This document shows positions 11,086 to 20,446 of a DNA stretch of 64,000 bases, piece by piece. The position numbers and the translations under genes are program-made. Numbering within the stretch: the stretch's first letter is position 1; every line of letters starts with the position of its first letter. The stretch lies in sequence record DRR378314_409; one strand, 5' to 3'. Under the pieces are notes generated by a model, which searched no databases, was not told the origin of the DNA, and worked only from the letters and a program-made list of their open reading frames with translations.

Positions 11086-11827
11086 GAACATGCACATGAT
11101 CTGCATGATAAAGGGCGCTGTCGCGATAGTCTTTTGCCTCCAGCACGCGTCCGACAATGATCAGTGCGGTTCGCGTAATTTTTTCGGCGCGCACTTTTCC
11201 CTGAATATCTTCAAGTGTACCGCGAATGACCTTTTCATCGGGCCAACTGGCGCGGTAAACAACTGCAACCGGACAGTCAGCACCATAATGAGGGATCAAG
11301 TCGGCGGTGACTTTACGAAGGTTTCGAACACTTAAGTGAATGGCGAGGGTTCCTCCTGATTTGCCAAGCGTATCCAAATCTTCCTGATTAGGCATATCCG
11401 TTGCCTTCATCGCGGTACGGGTGAGGATAATGCTCTGACTGATATCGGGGAGGGTCAGTTCGGTTTTCAGGGTGGCTGCCGCTGCGGCAAACGCCGGGAC
11501 CCCCGGGGTGATGGTATAGTCGATGGAAAGCTCCTCCAGCCGGCGCATCTGTTCGCCGATGGCGCCATAAATGCTGGGATCACCGGAGTGAACACGCGCG
11601 ACATTCTGCTCCTTGGCATGGGCGGCTTTAAATTCAGCCATGATCTCATCCAGAGTGAGGGGGGCGGTATCGATGATCCGTGCGTCGGCCGGAGCGTGAC
11701 TGAGAATTTCTTCGGGCACGAGAGATCCCGCATAAAGACACACTGGGGAGGCTGCGATCAGGTCGCGACCGCGTAAGGTAATCAGATCGGCAGCACCGGG
11801 CCCGGCGCCAATAAAATGAACCGTCAT
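11063..11827 (-). CDS. cobM: Precorrin-4 C11-methyltransferase
   Basis: [46 protein letters not shown]. Confidence 0.95.
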   Translation of the reverse strand: MTVHFIGAGPGAADLITLRGRDLIAASPVCLYAGSLVPEEILSHAPADARIIDTAPLTLDEIMAEFKAAHAKEQNVARVHSGDPSIYGAIGEQMRRLEELSIDYTITPGVPAFAAAAATLKTELTLPDISQSIILTRTAMKATDMPNQEDLDTLGKSGGTLAIHLSVRNLRKVTADLIPHYGADCPVAVVYRASWPDEKVIRGTLEDIQGKVRAEKITRTALIIVGRVLEAKDYRDSALYHADHVHVLRPKRKA

Positions 11828-13653
11828 TATATCGCTTCCTTTCGTGAGACCTGCATTTTCCCGGCATATCCGCGCGGGGTATAGGCCCAGTTTTTTGTTC
11901 CTGTATTGGTGGTTGTGATTTTACTTTCACTGGAGCCGACCATGACCAATGTCAGCATATCAATGGTTTCAGGGTCCAGATCCCGCAAATTTGTGATGCT
12001 AACCGTTTCATCATCTCGCCCTAAATTTCGGGCTATGATAACGGGGGTGGTTTCGGGCCGTTTTTCCAAAAGGATGGATTTGGCCGCATGCAGTTGAGTG
12101 CGCCGCTTTTTGGAAACCGGATTATAAAAAGCAACAACAAAATCGCCCTCTGCCGCAGCTTTAAGGCGTTTTTCAATCGCCTCCCAAGGAGTTAGAAGGT
12201 CCGAGAGGGAAATGGTGCAGAAATCGTGACCGAGGGGCGCGCCGGCTCTGGCGGCTGCGGCTTGCAACGCTGAAATCCCCGGTGTGACCTCTAGGTCCAG
12301 TCGATCCCATTCCGGCCGTTTTTCAAATTCAATCAGCTCATAAACCAAGGTCGCCATGGCATAAATTCCGATATCGCCAGACGAAATAAGCGCAACATTT
12401 TTCCCCGTGGCGGCCAGATCTAGGGCATAGCGGACCCTGTCTTCTTCCTCCCCCAGATTAAAATCATGGCGCACTTTGCCAAAGGCGGCGTCGCTCAGAA
12501 GATCGATATACAGGCTATAGGCAACCAGATCAGTTGCCTGTTTGATCAGATCGCTGGCTTCAGGGGTTCGCCACGGCTCTTGCCCCGGGCCAATTCCAAC
12601 GATGGACAGTTTTCCCTGAGGGATACCCAACCGTTCGGGTTCAATTGGCAATTCCGCGATCGCAGCGGCCATAGTAGTCCGCTTGGATTTCACCTTTGGC
12701 AGGATCATCATTCCCGTTTTGCCAACAGCTGCCAAAGCAGCACCTTCGCTAACACCGTGGCAACCAACTTCGGCGAAGACAATGTCAGAGGGATTGATCA
12801 AGCGGCCTGCTTCCTGCTCCAGCCGTTCCGCAGAGAAAAAGCGAGGCTGCAATCCAAAATAAGCCGCGGTTTGATGTACAGCCTGTTCATCAGATTTCAA
12901 ATCGATGGAGGTGATGGCTCCGACAGAAAGGGGGGATAGCTTGTTGGCCTTCAGGTTTTGGCGAACAAGCTCGATGAGTTCTTCGCCTGCAGCACCCCGT
13001 TCACATCCAACACCAACGGCCAGCAGTTTCGGGTGGTAAACAAGCTTGTTAGGAGCACCTTTCACATCTCGTGTGGTGACTTCAATGGTCAGTTTTGCCG
13101 TTTCATCAAACGGTAAATCAGAACGGGAAAGCCAGTCACTTTCCCCCAATAGACGAACTTTCTGACCTGCCAAAAGATTTGCGGCAAACGTCTTCACATG
13201 CTCCGGATTGGCCAGATGCAATCCCGGCGGTGGACTATCAAGCGCAATGTTATACTGAAGGTCGCTTGCCGTTGTTACCGCCGCCGTACCGTTCAGATAA
13301 TCGGCGATTTCCCGTGCCATATCATTGGCGCCGTGATGTCCACCGAGGAGCGGAACAGCAATAGCACCGGTTTCAGAAACACTGACGACTGGTGGTTCGG
13401 TCAGTTTGTCCTTTAACGCGGGCGCTAGGCAACGGACCAGAATAGCCGAGGCGCATATCCCGACGGTTGGTGTTTGGCTTTTGAAAAGTTCCTGTAAATG
13501 CTGAGCCGTTTGCTGAAAAGTGATATCAGCGCCGCTTACACGGCCAGCCAGGCCATGGACCAACGCCTCAGGGTAGAGGCTTTGGAGCTTGCGAGCAGTC
13601 TCCCATCCACCTTCGGTCAGCAGAATTATTGCAGTTGGGGGTGTCAAATCCAT
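11827..13653 (-). CDS. cobJ: CbiG-CobJ fusion (cobalt-precorrin-5A hydrolase plus precorrin-3B C17-methyltransferase)
   Basis: N-terminal CbiG motifs [30 protein letters not shown]-terminal [34 protein letters not shown]. Confidence 0.93.
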   Translation of the reverse strand: MDLTPPTAIILLTEGGWETARKLQSLYPEALVHGLAGRVSGADITFQQTAQHLQELFKSQTPTVGICASAILVRCLAPALKDKLTEPPVVSVSETGAIAVPLLGGHHGANDMAREIADYLNGTAAVTTASDLQYNIALDSPPPGLHLANPEHVKTFAANLLAGQKVRLLGESDWLSRSDLPFDETAKLTIEVTTRDVKGAPNKLVYHPKLLAVGVGCERGAAGEELIELVRQNLKANKLSPLSVGAITSIDLKSDEQAVHQTAAYFGLQPRFFSAERLEQEAGRLINPSDIVFAEVGCHGVSEGAALAAVGKTGMMILPKVKSKRTTMAAAIAELPIEPERLGIPQGKLSIVGIGPGQEPWRTPEASDLIKQATDLVAYSLYIDLLSDAAFGKVRHDFNLGEEEDRVRYALDLAATGKNVALISSGDIGIYAMATLVYELIEFEKRPEWDRLDLEVTPGISALQAAAARAGAPLGHDFCTISLSDLLTPWEAIEKRLKAAAEGDFVVAFYNPVSKKRRTQLHAAKSILLEKRPETTPVIIARNLGRDDETVSITNLRDLDPETIDMLTLVMVGSSESKITTTNTGTKNWAYTPRGYAGKMQVSRKEAI

Positions 13654-14348
13654 GCTTGCCCTCGTTTGTGAATAAGGATCATGGAGAAATAGGGGGCGGC
13701 GTCTTTGGGAACATCCTGCAACGGAAGGATGCGCTGATTTGTCATGCTGGCTCTTTCAATGTAGCTGGCTTTGTCCAGAAGACCCATTTCCTGGATCAGA
13801 TCCCGGACTTTTTCAAAATGGCGGCCAATTTTCATGATGGCGATGCTTTGGGCGTCTTCAATCCTGTTTTTCAGGGTTTCCGTATCCAAAGGCGCTGGCA
13901 GAACGGTGAGAATATCGTTTCGGGCTGAGAGCGGCATTCGCAGGGCCCCCGCGCACGCGGTGAGCGACGAGACACCGGGAATGACCTCAATCTCATATTT
14001 TTCTATCAGTCGGCCAAATAGATACATGAAAGAGCCATAGAAAAATGGATCCCCCTCACACAGCACGGCGACATCCTGACCGGCACCCAGGTAGGCAGAC
14101 AGTTCGTCTGCAGCGATGTCATAGGCCGCTTGGGCCGGTTCTCTTGCCACGGTCATGGGAATGCTGATCGTTACCTCGGTTTTGGTGCTGGTCAAATGAG
14201 GTGCAACGATGGATCTGGCAAGACTTTCGCCGCCTTCCAATGCCGGATAAGCCAGCACAGGGCTATTTTGTAGGGCCTTTAGCGCTTTGACCGTAATCAG
14301 GTCCGGATCACCCGGGCCGATGCCCAATCCATAAAGTTTGCCTGTCAT
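13644..14348 (-). CDS. cobI: Precorrin-2 C20-methyltransferase
   Basis: GIGPGDPDLITVKA, LCEGDPFFYGSF, PYFS; ATG 14348 overlaps the cobL stop (ATGA). Confidence 0.93.
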   Translation of the reverse strand: MTGKLYGLGIGPGDPDLITVKALKALQNSPVLAYPALEGGESLARSIVAPHLTSTKTEVTISIPMTVAREPAQAAYDIAADELSAYLGAGQDVAVLCEGDPFFYGSFMYLFGRLIEKYEIEVIPGVSSLTACAGALRMPLSARNDILTVLPAPLDTETLKNRIEDAQSIAIMKIGRHFEKVRDLIQEMGLLDKASYIERASMTNQRILPLQDVPKDAAPYFSMILIHKRGQAWI

Positions 14349-15553
14349 ATTTTTTGTAACCTTAACTGTGTGACCTGACGGTACGGCTTCCAACTGGTGA
14401 AGCCCCCAATTTTCATTGCCCTAGAAAAATTCAGCCGGGTAAGCTCCCCTCCATACGTGTCGGAAAGCTCAAATGCAAGCTGCTCGCCTTCTACGGTGAC
14501 TGTATTGGCCACCAGAATACCACCGGATTTCAGCGCATCCCAACAGGTGGAGAACAGATTGGATGTGGTCAGGCCCCCACCAATAAAGATCTGATCTGGC
14601 GCTTCCAGCCCATGCAACACATCCGGTGCTTTGCCTGACATGATTTTAAGACCGGGAACCCCCAGGTTGGTTTTATTGACCTCAATCATGGTGAGGCGAT
14701 CTTGCCGGTGTTCGATAGCAATAGCGCGGTTCTGCGGATGTAGGCGCATCCATTCAATACCAACTGATCCCGATCCCGCCCCGACATCCCAAAGCAGCCC
14801 GCCGGGAATTGGGGTTAGGGCGGATAAGGTCGAGGACCGAATTTCCCGTTTGGTCAATTGCCCGTCTTGCAGGAAGGCGGTGTCGGGAAGTCCGGGTGCA
14901 ACGGATAAGGAAATTGCCTCAGCCCCGGCTTTGCAGGTGATCGCCAAGGTATTGAGATCCGCCATGGATGCCTGATCCCACCTATTAGCTGGTCCGCTAT
15001 GAGACGCTTCTTTTGCGCCGCCCATATGTTCCAGAACGGTTAGTGTACTTTCCCCAAACCCTCGTGCGGTGAGCAATTTTGCGACCGTCTTTGGGGTTGT
15101 GCCATCCTCGGAGAGGGCGAGAATTTGCGCACCGTCATATAGATGAGGGAGCAACAGCTCCAACGGGCGACCATGCAGGGTCATGGTGACTGTTTTTGAC
15201 AGATCCCAGCCCAGACGGGCAGCCGCCAGGGAAAAAGCTGACGGGGCCGCATGGACCGTATATTCGGATTTTGCAAGGTGCTTGGCAAAGGTAACGCCAA
15301 TCCCATAATGCATGGGATCGCCCGTGGCCAGAATAACGATCTGTTGTCCTTTTCGGTTAAGGACTTCTTCGACCAACTTAATCAATGGGCTTGGCCAGCT
15401 AAGGACTGGCCGATCAAAATCGGCAGGCAACATCGCCAGATGTCGATCGCCGCCGATGACAAGTTCTGCTGTCTTGATTAAGGCTTTTAAAGGAGCAGAC
15501 AGACTATCAAGCCCATCGTCCCCAACGCCAATAATATGAAGCCACGGTTTCAT
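14345..15553 (-). CDS. cobL: Precorrin-6Y C5,15-methyltransferase (decarboxylating), CbiE-CbiT fusion
   Basis: LATGDPMHYGIG, TLHGR, TKREIR, WDVGAGSGSV, FIGGG. Confidence 0.93.
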   Translation of the reverse strand: MKPWLHIIGVGDDGLDSLSAPLKALIKTAELVIGGDRHLAMLPADFDRPVLSWPSPLIKLVEEVLNRKGQQIVILATGDPMHYGIGVTFAKHLAKSEYTVHAAPSAFSLAAARLGWDLSKTVTMTLHGRPLELLLPHLYDGAQILALSEDGTTPKTVAKLLTARGFGESTLTVLEHMGGAKEASHSGPANRWDQASMADLNTLAITCKAGAEAISLSVAPGLPDTAFLQDGQLTKREIRSSTLSALTPIPGGLLWDVGAGSGSVGIEWMRLHPQNRAIAIEHRQDRLTMIEVNKTNLGVPGLKIMSGKAPDVLHGLEAPDQIFIGGGLTTSNLFSTCWDALKSGGILVANTVTVEGEQLAFELSDTYGGELTRLNFSRAMKIGGFTSWKPYRQVTQLRLQKI

Positions 15554-16182
15554 GAGCCTTGTCCTGCCAAGGTGGCGGCATTGGTGGCAGCCGCAGCCAT
15601 CGCGCTTCCCCCTTTTCGGCCCAGAAGAGTGATGAAAGGGATTTCCAGGTTATCAGCAACCAATGCGGCCTTGGATTCAGCGGCACCGACAAACCCAACG
15701 GGAAAGGCCAGAATGGCTGCTGGTTTTGGCGCACCGTTTCCTAATAGTTCCAGCAAGTGAAAAAGGGCGGTTGGCGCATTCCCAAAAACGGTGACAGCCC
15801 CCTCCATCTGATCCGTCCAAAGCTCAATCGCGGCGGCAGAACGGGTGGTTCCCAGTCTTTTGGCAAGTGCGGGAACTTGGGGGTCATTCAGGGTGCAGGT
15901 CACCTGATCCGGCATGGCAAGAAATCGTTGGATGATGCCATTTTTCAACATTTCACAGTCACAGAGAATTGGTTTCTTCTGACGGATCGCAGCGCTAGCG
16001 ACTGAAGCGACTGAGTTGGAAAAACGCAGTTCGGAGCGGATTTCTGGCATACCACAAGAATGAACGATCCGAATAATCATCTGCTGTAAATCTTCAGGAA
16101 GCCCATCCAAATCTGTTTCGCCGCGAACGGTGGCGAAGGATTTCTCGTAAATGGCCGCAGGATCTTTCAAATAGTCATACAT
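15550..16182 (-). CDS. cobH: Precorrin-8X methylmutase
   Basis: TRSAAA, GNAPTALF, PVGFVGAAESK, GRKGGS. Confidence 0.95.
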   Translation of the reverse strand: MYDYLKDPAAIYEKSFATVRGETDLDGLPEDLQQMIIRIVHSCGMPEIRSELRFSNSVASVASAAIRQKKPILCDCEMLKNGIIQRFLAMPDQVTCTLNDPQVPALAKRLGTTRSAAAIELWTDQMEGAVTVFGNAPTALFHLLELLGNGAPKPAAILAFPVGFVGAAESKAALVADNLEIPFITLLGRKGGSAMAAAATNAATLAGQGS

Positions 16183-16189
16183 GGCCGTG

Positions 16190-17245
16190 TTATTTCTTCT
16201 TCATGGTCACCGGGCCAAGGGGATGGTCCGCGTGGGGGTAGGGATGGTGGTGATGATCATGCCCGTGCCCATGACCGTGCCCATGACTATGGGAGTGTCC
16301 GTGATCATGTGAAGGATCATGGGAATGCTCATGAGAGTGATCATGGCTATGCCCGTGGTCATCAGTTCCAGTGCCAATCCCTTCTACATGGTGGTGGTGG
16401 CTTTCCTGTACGAGGCCTACTTCCTCTTCAAATCCAAGAGCTTGTTCCCGGTATTTGCAGAGGCCGCAGTTCATATTGTTTGTGCCTTCAAGGATTTCCA
16501 AGACCCGATCAGCGAAGCAATCCAGAACCAGGGGATGATCATTCAGGTATGGGGCTTTGATAAATTCAATGTCGGAGTGATTTGCGGCAACTTTATCAGT
16601 GTAATCATAAATCCGATTGACGAGGATCCCGGTGAACAGGAAATAGGGAAAAACCACAATCCGTTTATAGCCAAGCTTTGCGGCATGTTCGAGACCTGGT
16701 TCCACCAAAGGAAATGTCACGCCAGAATAAACCGTTTCGCCCCAACCAAAACCGAGGCCTTCCCACAACATCCGCATGACTTTAGAGACGTTGGAGTTGG
16801 CATCAGGGTCAGAAGCGCCGCGACCGACGACAACCAGCATTGTTTCATGAAGAGGAACGTCGTCAGTGGCTTCATCGATCGCCTGTTTGATCCGATCGCC
16901 TGCGGCGCGGATCATCTTCAGATCAATACCAAGCTCCCGACCATAGGAAATTTTTAATCCCTCTTTCTTGGCGGCATATGCGTTCAAAACAGATGGGATA
17001 TCGTTTTTGGCGTGTCCAGCAGCAAAAAGCATGCCGGGGACAGCCAGAATGTGGTTATGGCCGCTTTCCACCAGATTATCCAGCCCGTCCCGAATAATCG
17101 GGTTCGCAAATTCCAGAAACCCGGAATCAACCTCATATTGGGGCAGGCGTTGTGCAATTCCCTTGGCGACAGAGGCAAACTCGCGGACGGCGCCTTCATC
17201 GCGGCTTCCATGTCCACAAACCATAACTCCGATTTTTTCACTCAT
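16190..17245 (-). CDS. cbiX: CbiX-type sirohydrochlorin cobaltochelatase with MNCxxC motif and His-rich tail
   Basis: GHGSRD, FLEF..P, AGHAKNDIP, GRGASDPDAN, PYFLFTG, MNCGLCKYR, long His-rich insert. Confidence 0.88.
   Translation of the reverse strand: MSEKIGVMVCGHGSRDEGAVREFASVAKGIAQRLPQYEVDSGFLEFANPIIRDGLDNLVESGHNHILAVPGMLFAAGHAKNDIPSVLNAYAAKKEGLKISYGRELGIDLKMIRAAGDRIKQAIDEATDDVPLHETMLVVVGRGASDPDANSNVSKVMRMLWEGLGFGWGETVYSGVTFPLVEPGLEHAAKLGYKRIVVFPYFLFTGILVNRIYDYTDKVAANHSDIEFIKAPYLNDHPLVLDCFADRVLEILEGTNNMNCGLCKYREQALGFEEEVGLVQESHHHHVEGIGTGTDDHGHSHDHSHEHSHDPSHDHGHSHSHGHGHGHGHDHHHHPYPHADHPLGPVTMKKK
16245..16362 (-). repeat. Low-complexity coding repeat encoding (D/E/G/S)H dipeptides in the CbiX tail
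   Basis: Translates to DHGHSHDHSHEHSHDPSHDHGHSHSHGHGHGHGHDHHHH; boundaries approximate. Confidence 0.85.
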
Positions 17246-17355
17246 ACCTAGCTCCGTTTACTGGCTGTGTTTCAGCAGAAGGTTTGACATCGTTTCGTGA
17301 TGTCTGTTTTCAAAATCCGGTTGACCGGAATATGCCGCCATATCATGTTGGCGTA

Positions 17356-18357
17356 ATGATAGACTTCTTTCACCATTTGACCAACGGTGTCCCATCGCCG
17401 CTTTTGCTTGCCTTTGTGGTCATGGGTATTGATCTGCTGGTTGGTGATCCAGCCTGGCTGTATGGACGTCTTCCGCACCCGATAGTTCCTATCGGGAATT
17501 TTATTGGTTGGCTGGAAACGCGGTTGAATAAGACGCAAGCTTCGCACCGGTCTCAATTTTTGGCCGGTCTGGTGACAAGCCTGTTGGTAATCCTCATTGT
17601 GGCTTTGATCGGTGTTGGTCTGACGATTTTGGCCGACCAGTTTTCTTTCGGTGGTATTTTGCTTGCTATCGCAGCCAGTAGCCTGATCGCCTGCAAGGGC
17701 TTGTATCAAGCGGTAGTCAAAGTCGAGGCTGGACTGACCCTCTCCCTTTCGCAGGGGCGTGAAGCGGTTAGCCATATTGTTGGCCGGGATCCTGAAAGTC
17801 TGGATGAGGCAGGTGTTGCCCGCGCGGCGATTGAAAGCCTTGCGGAGAATTTTCTGGATGGCACTGTATCGCCGATATTCTGGTTCCTGATTTTCGGCCT
17901 GCCCGGTCTGCTTGTCTACAAAACGGTGAACACTCTGGATAGCATGATCGGACATCGCAATGACCGATTTGAATATTTTGGTAAATTCGCGGCCCGCCTT
18001 GACGACGGATTGAATTATATACCCGCCCGGTTGACCGGTTTGTTGATTGCAGTCAGCAGTCTTTTCTTGAAAAGCGCCAATGTGACAGCTGCGTTTCGGG
18101 TCTTGTTTCAGGATGCGGGCTTGCATAAAAGTGTCAATGCGGGCTGGCAGGAGGCGGCAATGGCCGGCGCCCTTGGTATTTCGTTGGCGGGACCCCGCCG
18201 TTATGCCGGACAAACAACCGAAGATCACTGGATGAACGGGGGCGGGCGCAAAGACGCCACCGCCGAAGATATTCGGAATGCGCTTAAACTTTATTGGGTC
18301 GCCGCAGGGGGGCTGCTGCTGATCCTGTTGGTGCTGGCCGTTTTGCCCGTGTCCTAG
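17356..18357 (+). CDS. cbiB: Adenosylcobinamide-phosphate synthase CbiB (CobD in aerobic nomenclature)
   Basis: GDP...HP, IVGRD, AAIESLAEN, NTLDSMIG, AARLDD..NYIPARL, NAGW.EAAMAG; start estimated. Confidence 0.93.
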   Translation: MIDFFHHLTNGVPSPLLLAFVVMGIDLLVGDPAWLYGRLPHPIVPIGNFIGWLETRLNKTQASHRSQFLAGLVTSLLVILIVALIGVGLTILADQFSFGGILLAIAASSLIACKGLYQAVVKVEAGLTLSLSQGREAVSHIVGRDPESLDEAGVARAAIESLAENFLDGTVSPIFWFLIFGLPGLLVYKTVNTLDSMIGHRNDRFEYFGKFAARLDDGLNYIPARLTGLLIAVSSLFLKSANVTAAFRVLFQDAGLHKSVNAGWQEAAMAGALGISLAGPRRYAGQTTEDHWMNGGGRKDATAEDIRNALKLYWVAAGGLLLILLVLAVLPVS

Positions 18358-19811
18358 CATCCGCCAATCTCCATCAGATGGTCGATGTTCAAATGCTGTT
18401 CCAGATGTGCGGCAAGACCGTTGAGACTTTCTTCGACTTCCTGTTCAAACTGGCGGATGTTTCTGTGTCCGGGACGCAGTTTGTTTAAAAATTCATGGCG
18501 GAATTGGTCTTGATGGAAAAGCCCGTGCAGATAAGTCCCCATAATCTGCCCGTTTTGAGAAACACATCCATCGTTACCAGATTTCAGGCGCAGGAACGGA
18601 CGGGATAGGGCTGAGCCACTGCATTTTCCCAGATGCATGTGATAGCCGGATACAGGTGTGCCGCTCTCAAGATGAATACCAGCTTCTTCCAGTAATGTTT
18701 TGGCCGGTTGCATCTCAGTTTCAAAATCCAACAATCCTAGTCCGGCTACTTCGGGTCGGCTGCTTTCAATGCCCGCAGGATCGCGAATGAGATTTCCCAT
18801 CATTTGATAACCACCGCAAATTCCAAGGACATGGCCGCCTTGTCGCAGATGGGCGTGGATATCAATATCCCAGCCCTGATTTTTAAGAAATTCCATGTCG
18901 TCAATGGTCGATTTTGAACCGGGTATTATGATCAGGTCCATACCTGTTGGGATGGGGGTGCCCGGCCGGACCATTACCAGATTAACATTCGGATCCGTAC
19001 CAAGGGGATCAAAATCATCATGGTTTGAAATGCGGGAAAGAACCACAACGGCAACATTTATCGCGCCAGTGGTTTTCGGGTGATCATAAACTGAAAGCGC
19101 ATCTTCCGGTGGGAGCTTATAGGCATCATGAAAGAAGGGAACAATGCCCAAACTGTCCCAGCCCGTTTCCCGACTGATAATTTGCAGGCCGTCCAGAAAT
19201 AGACTGGAATCTCCACGGAATTTATTGATGATATAGGCTTTGATCCGCGTTTTCTCAGACGATGTCAGCAGGGCGTGGGTTCCAACAAGTTGGGCAATAA
19301 CGCCGCCGCGATCAATGTCTCCAGCCAGAATAACCGGGATATCAGCCGCTTCGGCAAAACCCATATTGGCGATATCGTTTTTGCGAAGATTAACCTCTGC
19401 GGGGCTACCCGCGCCTTCTACCAGAACGATATCAGATTTATTTTTTAACCGGTTAAAACTATCAATGGCGTGTGGGAGTAAGTCTTTCTTTAAATCCTGA
19501 TATTTTTTTGCGCCCGCCTGACCCCAGATTTTCCCTTGGACAATGATTTGTGCGCCGGTCTCGCTTTGCGGTTTTAAAAGGACAGGGTTCATGTCATTGA
19601 GCAAGGGCGTGCGGGCCGCTCTTGCCTGCAAGGCTTGAGCGCGCCCAATCTCTCCACCCTCTGATGTGACGGCGGCATTATTGGACATATTCTGAGGTTT
19701 GAAGGGCATGACTTTCAGGCCCCGAAGGGTCAAGGCACGCGCGATGCCAGCGACAAGCAGAGACTTGCCGACATCAGAACCGGTTCCTTGAATCATCAGG
19801 GCAGCGCTCAT
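18354..19811 (-). CDS. cobQ: Cobyric acid synthase
   Basis: QGTGSDVGKS, PFKPQNMSNN, MNPVLLKP, EGAGSPAEVNL, GICGGYQM, GTYLHG. Confidence 0.96.
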   Translation of the reverse strand: MSAALMIQGTGSDVGKSLLVAGIARALTLRGLKVMPFKPQNMSNNAAVTSEGGEIGRAQALQARAARTPLLNDMNPVLLKPQSETGAQIIVQGKIWGQAGAKKYQDLKKDLLPHAIDSFNRLKNKSDIVLVEGAGSPAEVNLRKNDIANMGFAEAADIPVILAGDIDRGGVIAQLVGTHALLTSSEKTRIKAYIINKFRGDSSLFLDGLQIISRETGWDSLGIVPFFHDAYKLPPEDALSVYDHPKTTGAINVAVVVLSRISNHDDFDPLGTDPNVNLVMVRPGTPIPTGMDLIIIPGSKSTIDDMEFLKNQGWDIDIHAHLRQGGHVLGICGGYQMMGNLIRDPAGIESSRPEVAGLGLLDFETEMQPAKTLLEEAGIHLESGTPVSGYHMHLGKCSGSALSRPFLRLKSGNDGCVSQNGQIMGTYLHGLFHQDQFRHEFLNKLRPGHRNIRQFEQEVEESLNGLAAHLEQHLNIDHLMEIGGC

Positions 19812-20446
19812 CAGAATTCAATACCAACCTGCGCCTTGACGCCTGAGCGGAAGGGATGCTTGATCTGGGTCATTTCTGTCACGAGATCGGCAACCTCAAT
19901 CAGTTCTTCCTTGGCGTTGCGGCCAGTGACCACCACATGCAGATTTTCAGGTTTGTTTTTCAGAAACTCCACAACTTCTTGAAGATCAATACTGTCATAG
20001 CGAAGGACAATATTCAGTTCATCCAGAACGATCATGTCATATTGCGGATTTTCGCCGCGGCAGGCCTCAATCATTTCCTTGGATTTAGCCCAGGCGTTTT
20101 CCGCTGCCCGAATATCCCTTTCCCGATCTTGCGTCTCCCAGGTGAAACCCTCTCCCATGGTGTGAATTTCAACTTGATCTGGAAACGCTTCCAGAACTTT
20201 GCGCTCCCCCGTTTCCCATTTGCCTTTGACATATTGCACTATCCCGACCGTCATATCGTTTCCGATGGCCCGTGCGGCGAGACCAAAAGCAGCGGTGGAT
20301 TTGCCTTTTCCTTTGCCTGTGTGAACGATCAGCAACCCTTTTTCGATGGTCTTGGTTGCCAGCATTTTGTCACGGGCAGCCTTTTTCTTGCGTGCTTTTT
20401 CGTTAGCTCGAGTGAGCTCTTGCGGGCTCAACTTTTTTTCTGTCAT
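19811..20446 (-). CDS. cobO: Cob(I)yrinic acid a,c-diamide adenosyltransferase
   Basis: HTGKGKGKSTAAFG, GEGFTW, LDEL, VTGR, KHPF..G..AQ.GIEF. Confidence 0.96.
   Translation of the reverse strand: MTEKKLSPQELTRANEKARKKKAARDKMLATKTIEKGLLIVHTGKGKGKSTAAFGLAARAIGNDMTVGIVQYVKGKWETGERKVLEAFPDQVEIHTMGEGFTWETQDRERDIRAAENAWAKSKEMIEACRGENPQYDMIVLDELNIVLRYDSIDLQEVVEFLKNKPENLHVVVTGRNAKEELIEVADLVTEMTQIKHPFRSGVKAQVGIEF

Noticed and set aside
16240-16400. Repetitive CATG/GTG-rich DNA as a possible array
   Set aside because: Explained by His-rich codons of cbiX; no repeat-spacer structure
17272-18360. 362-aa minus-strand ORF
   Set aside because: Antisense shadow of cbiB with no recognisable motifs
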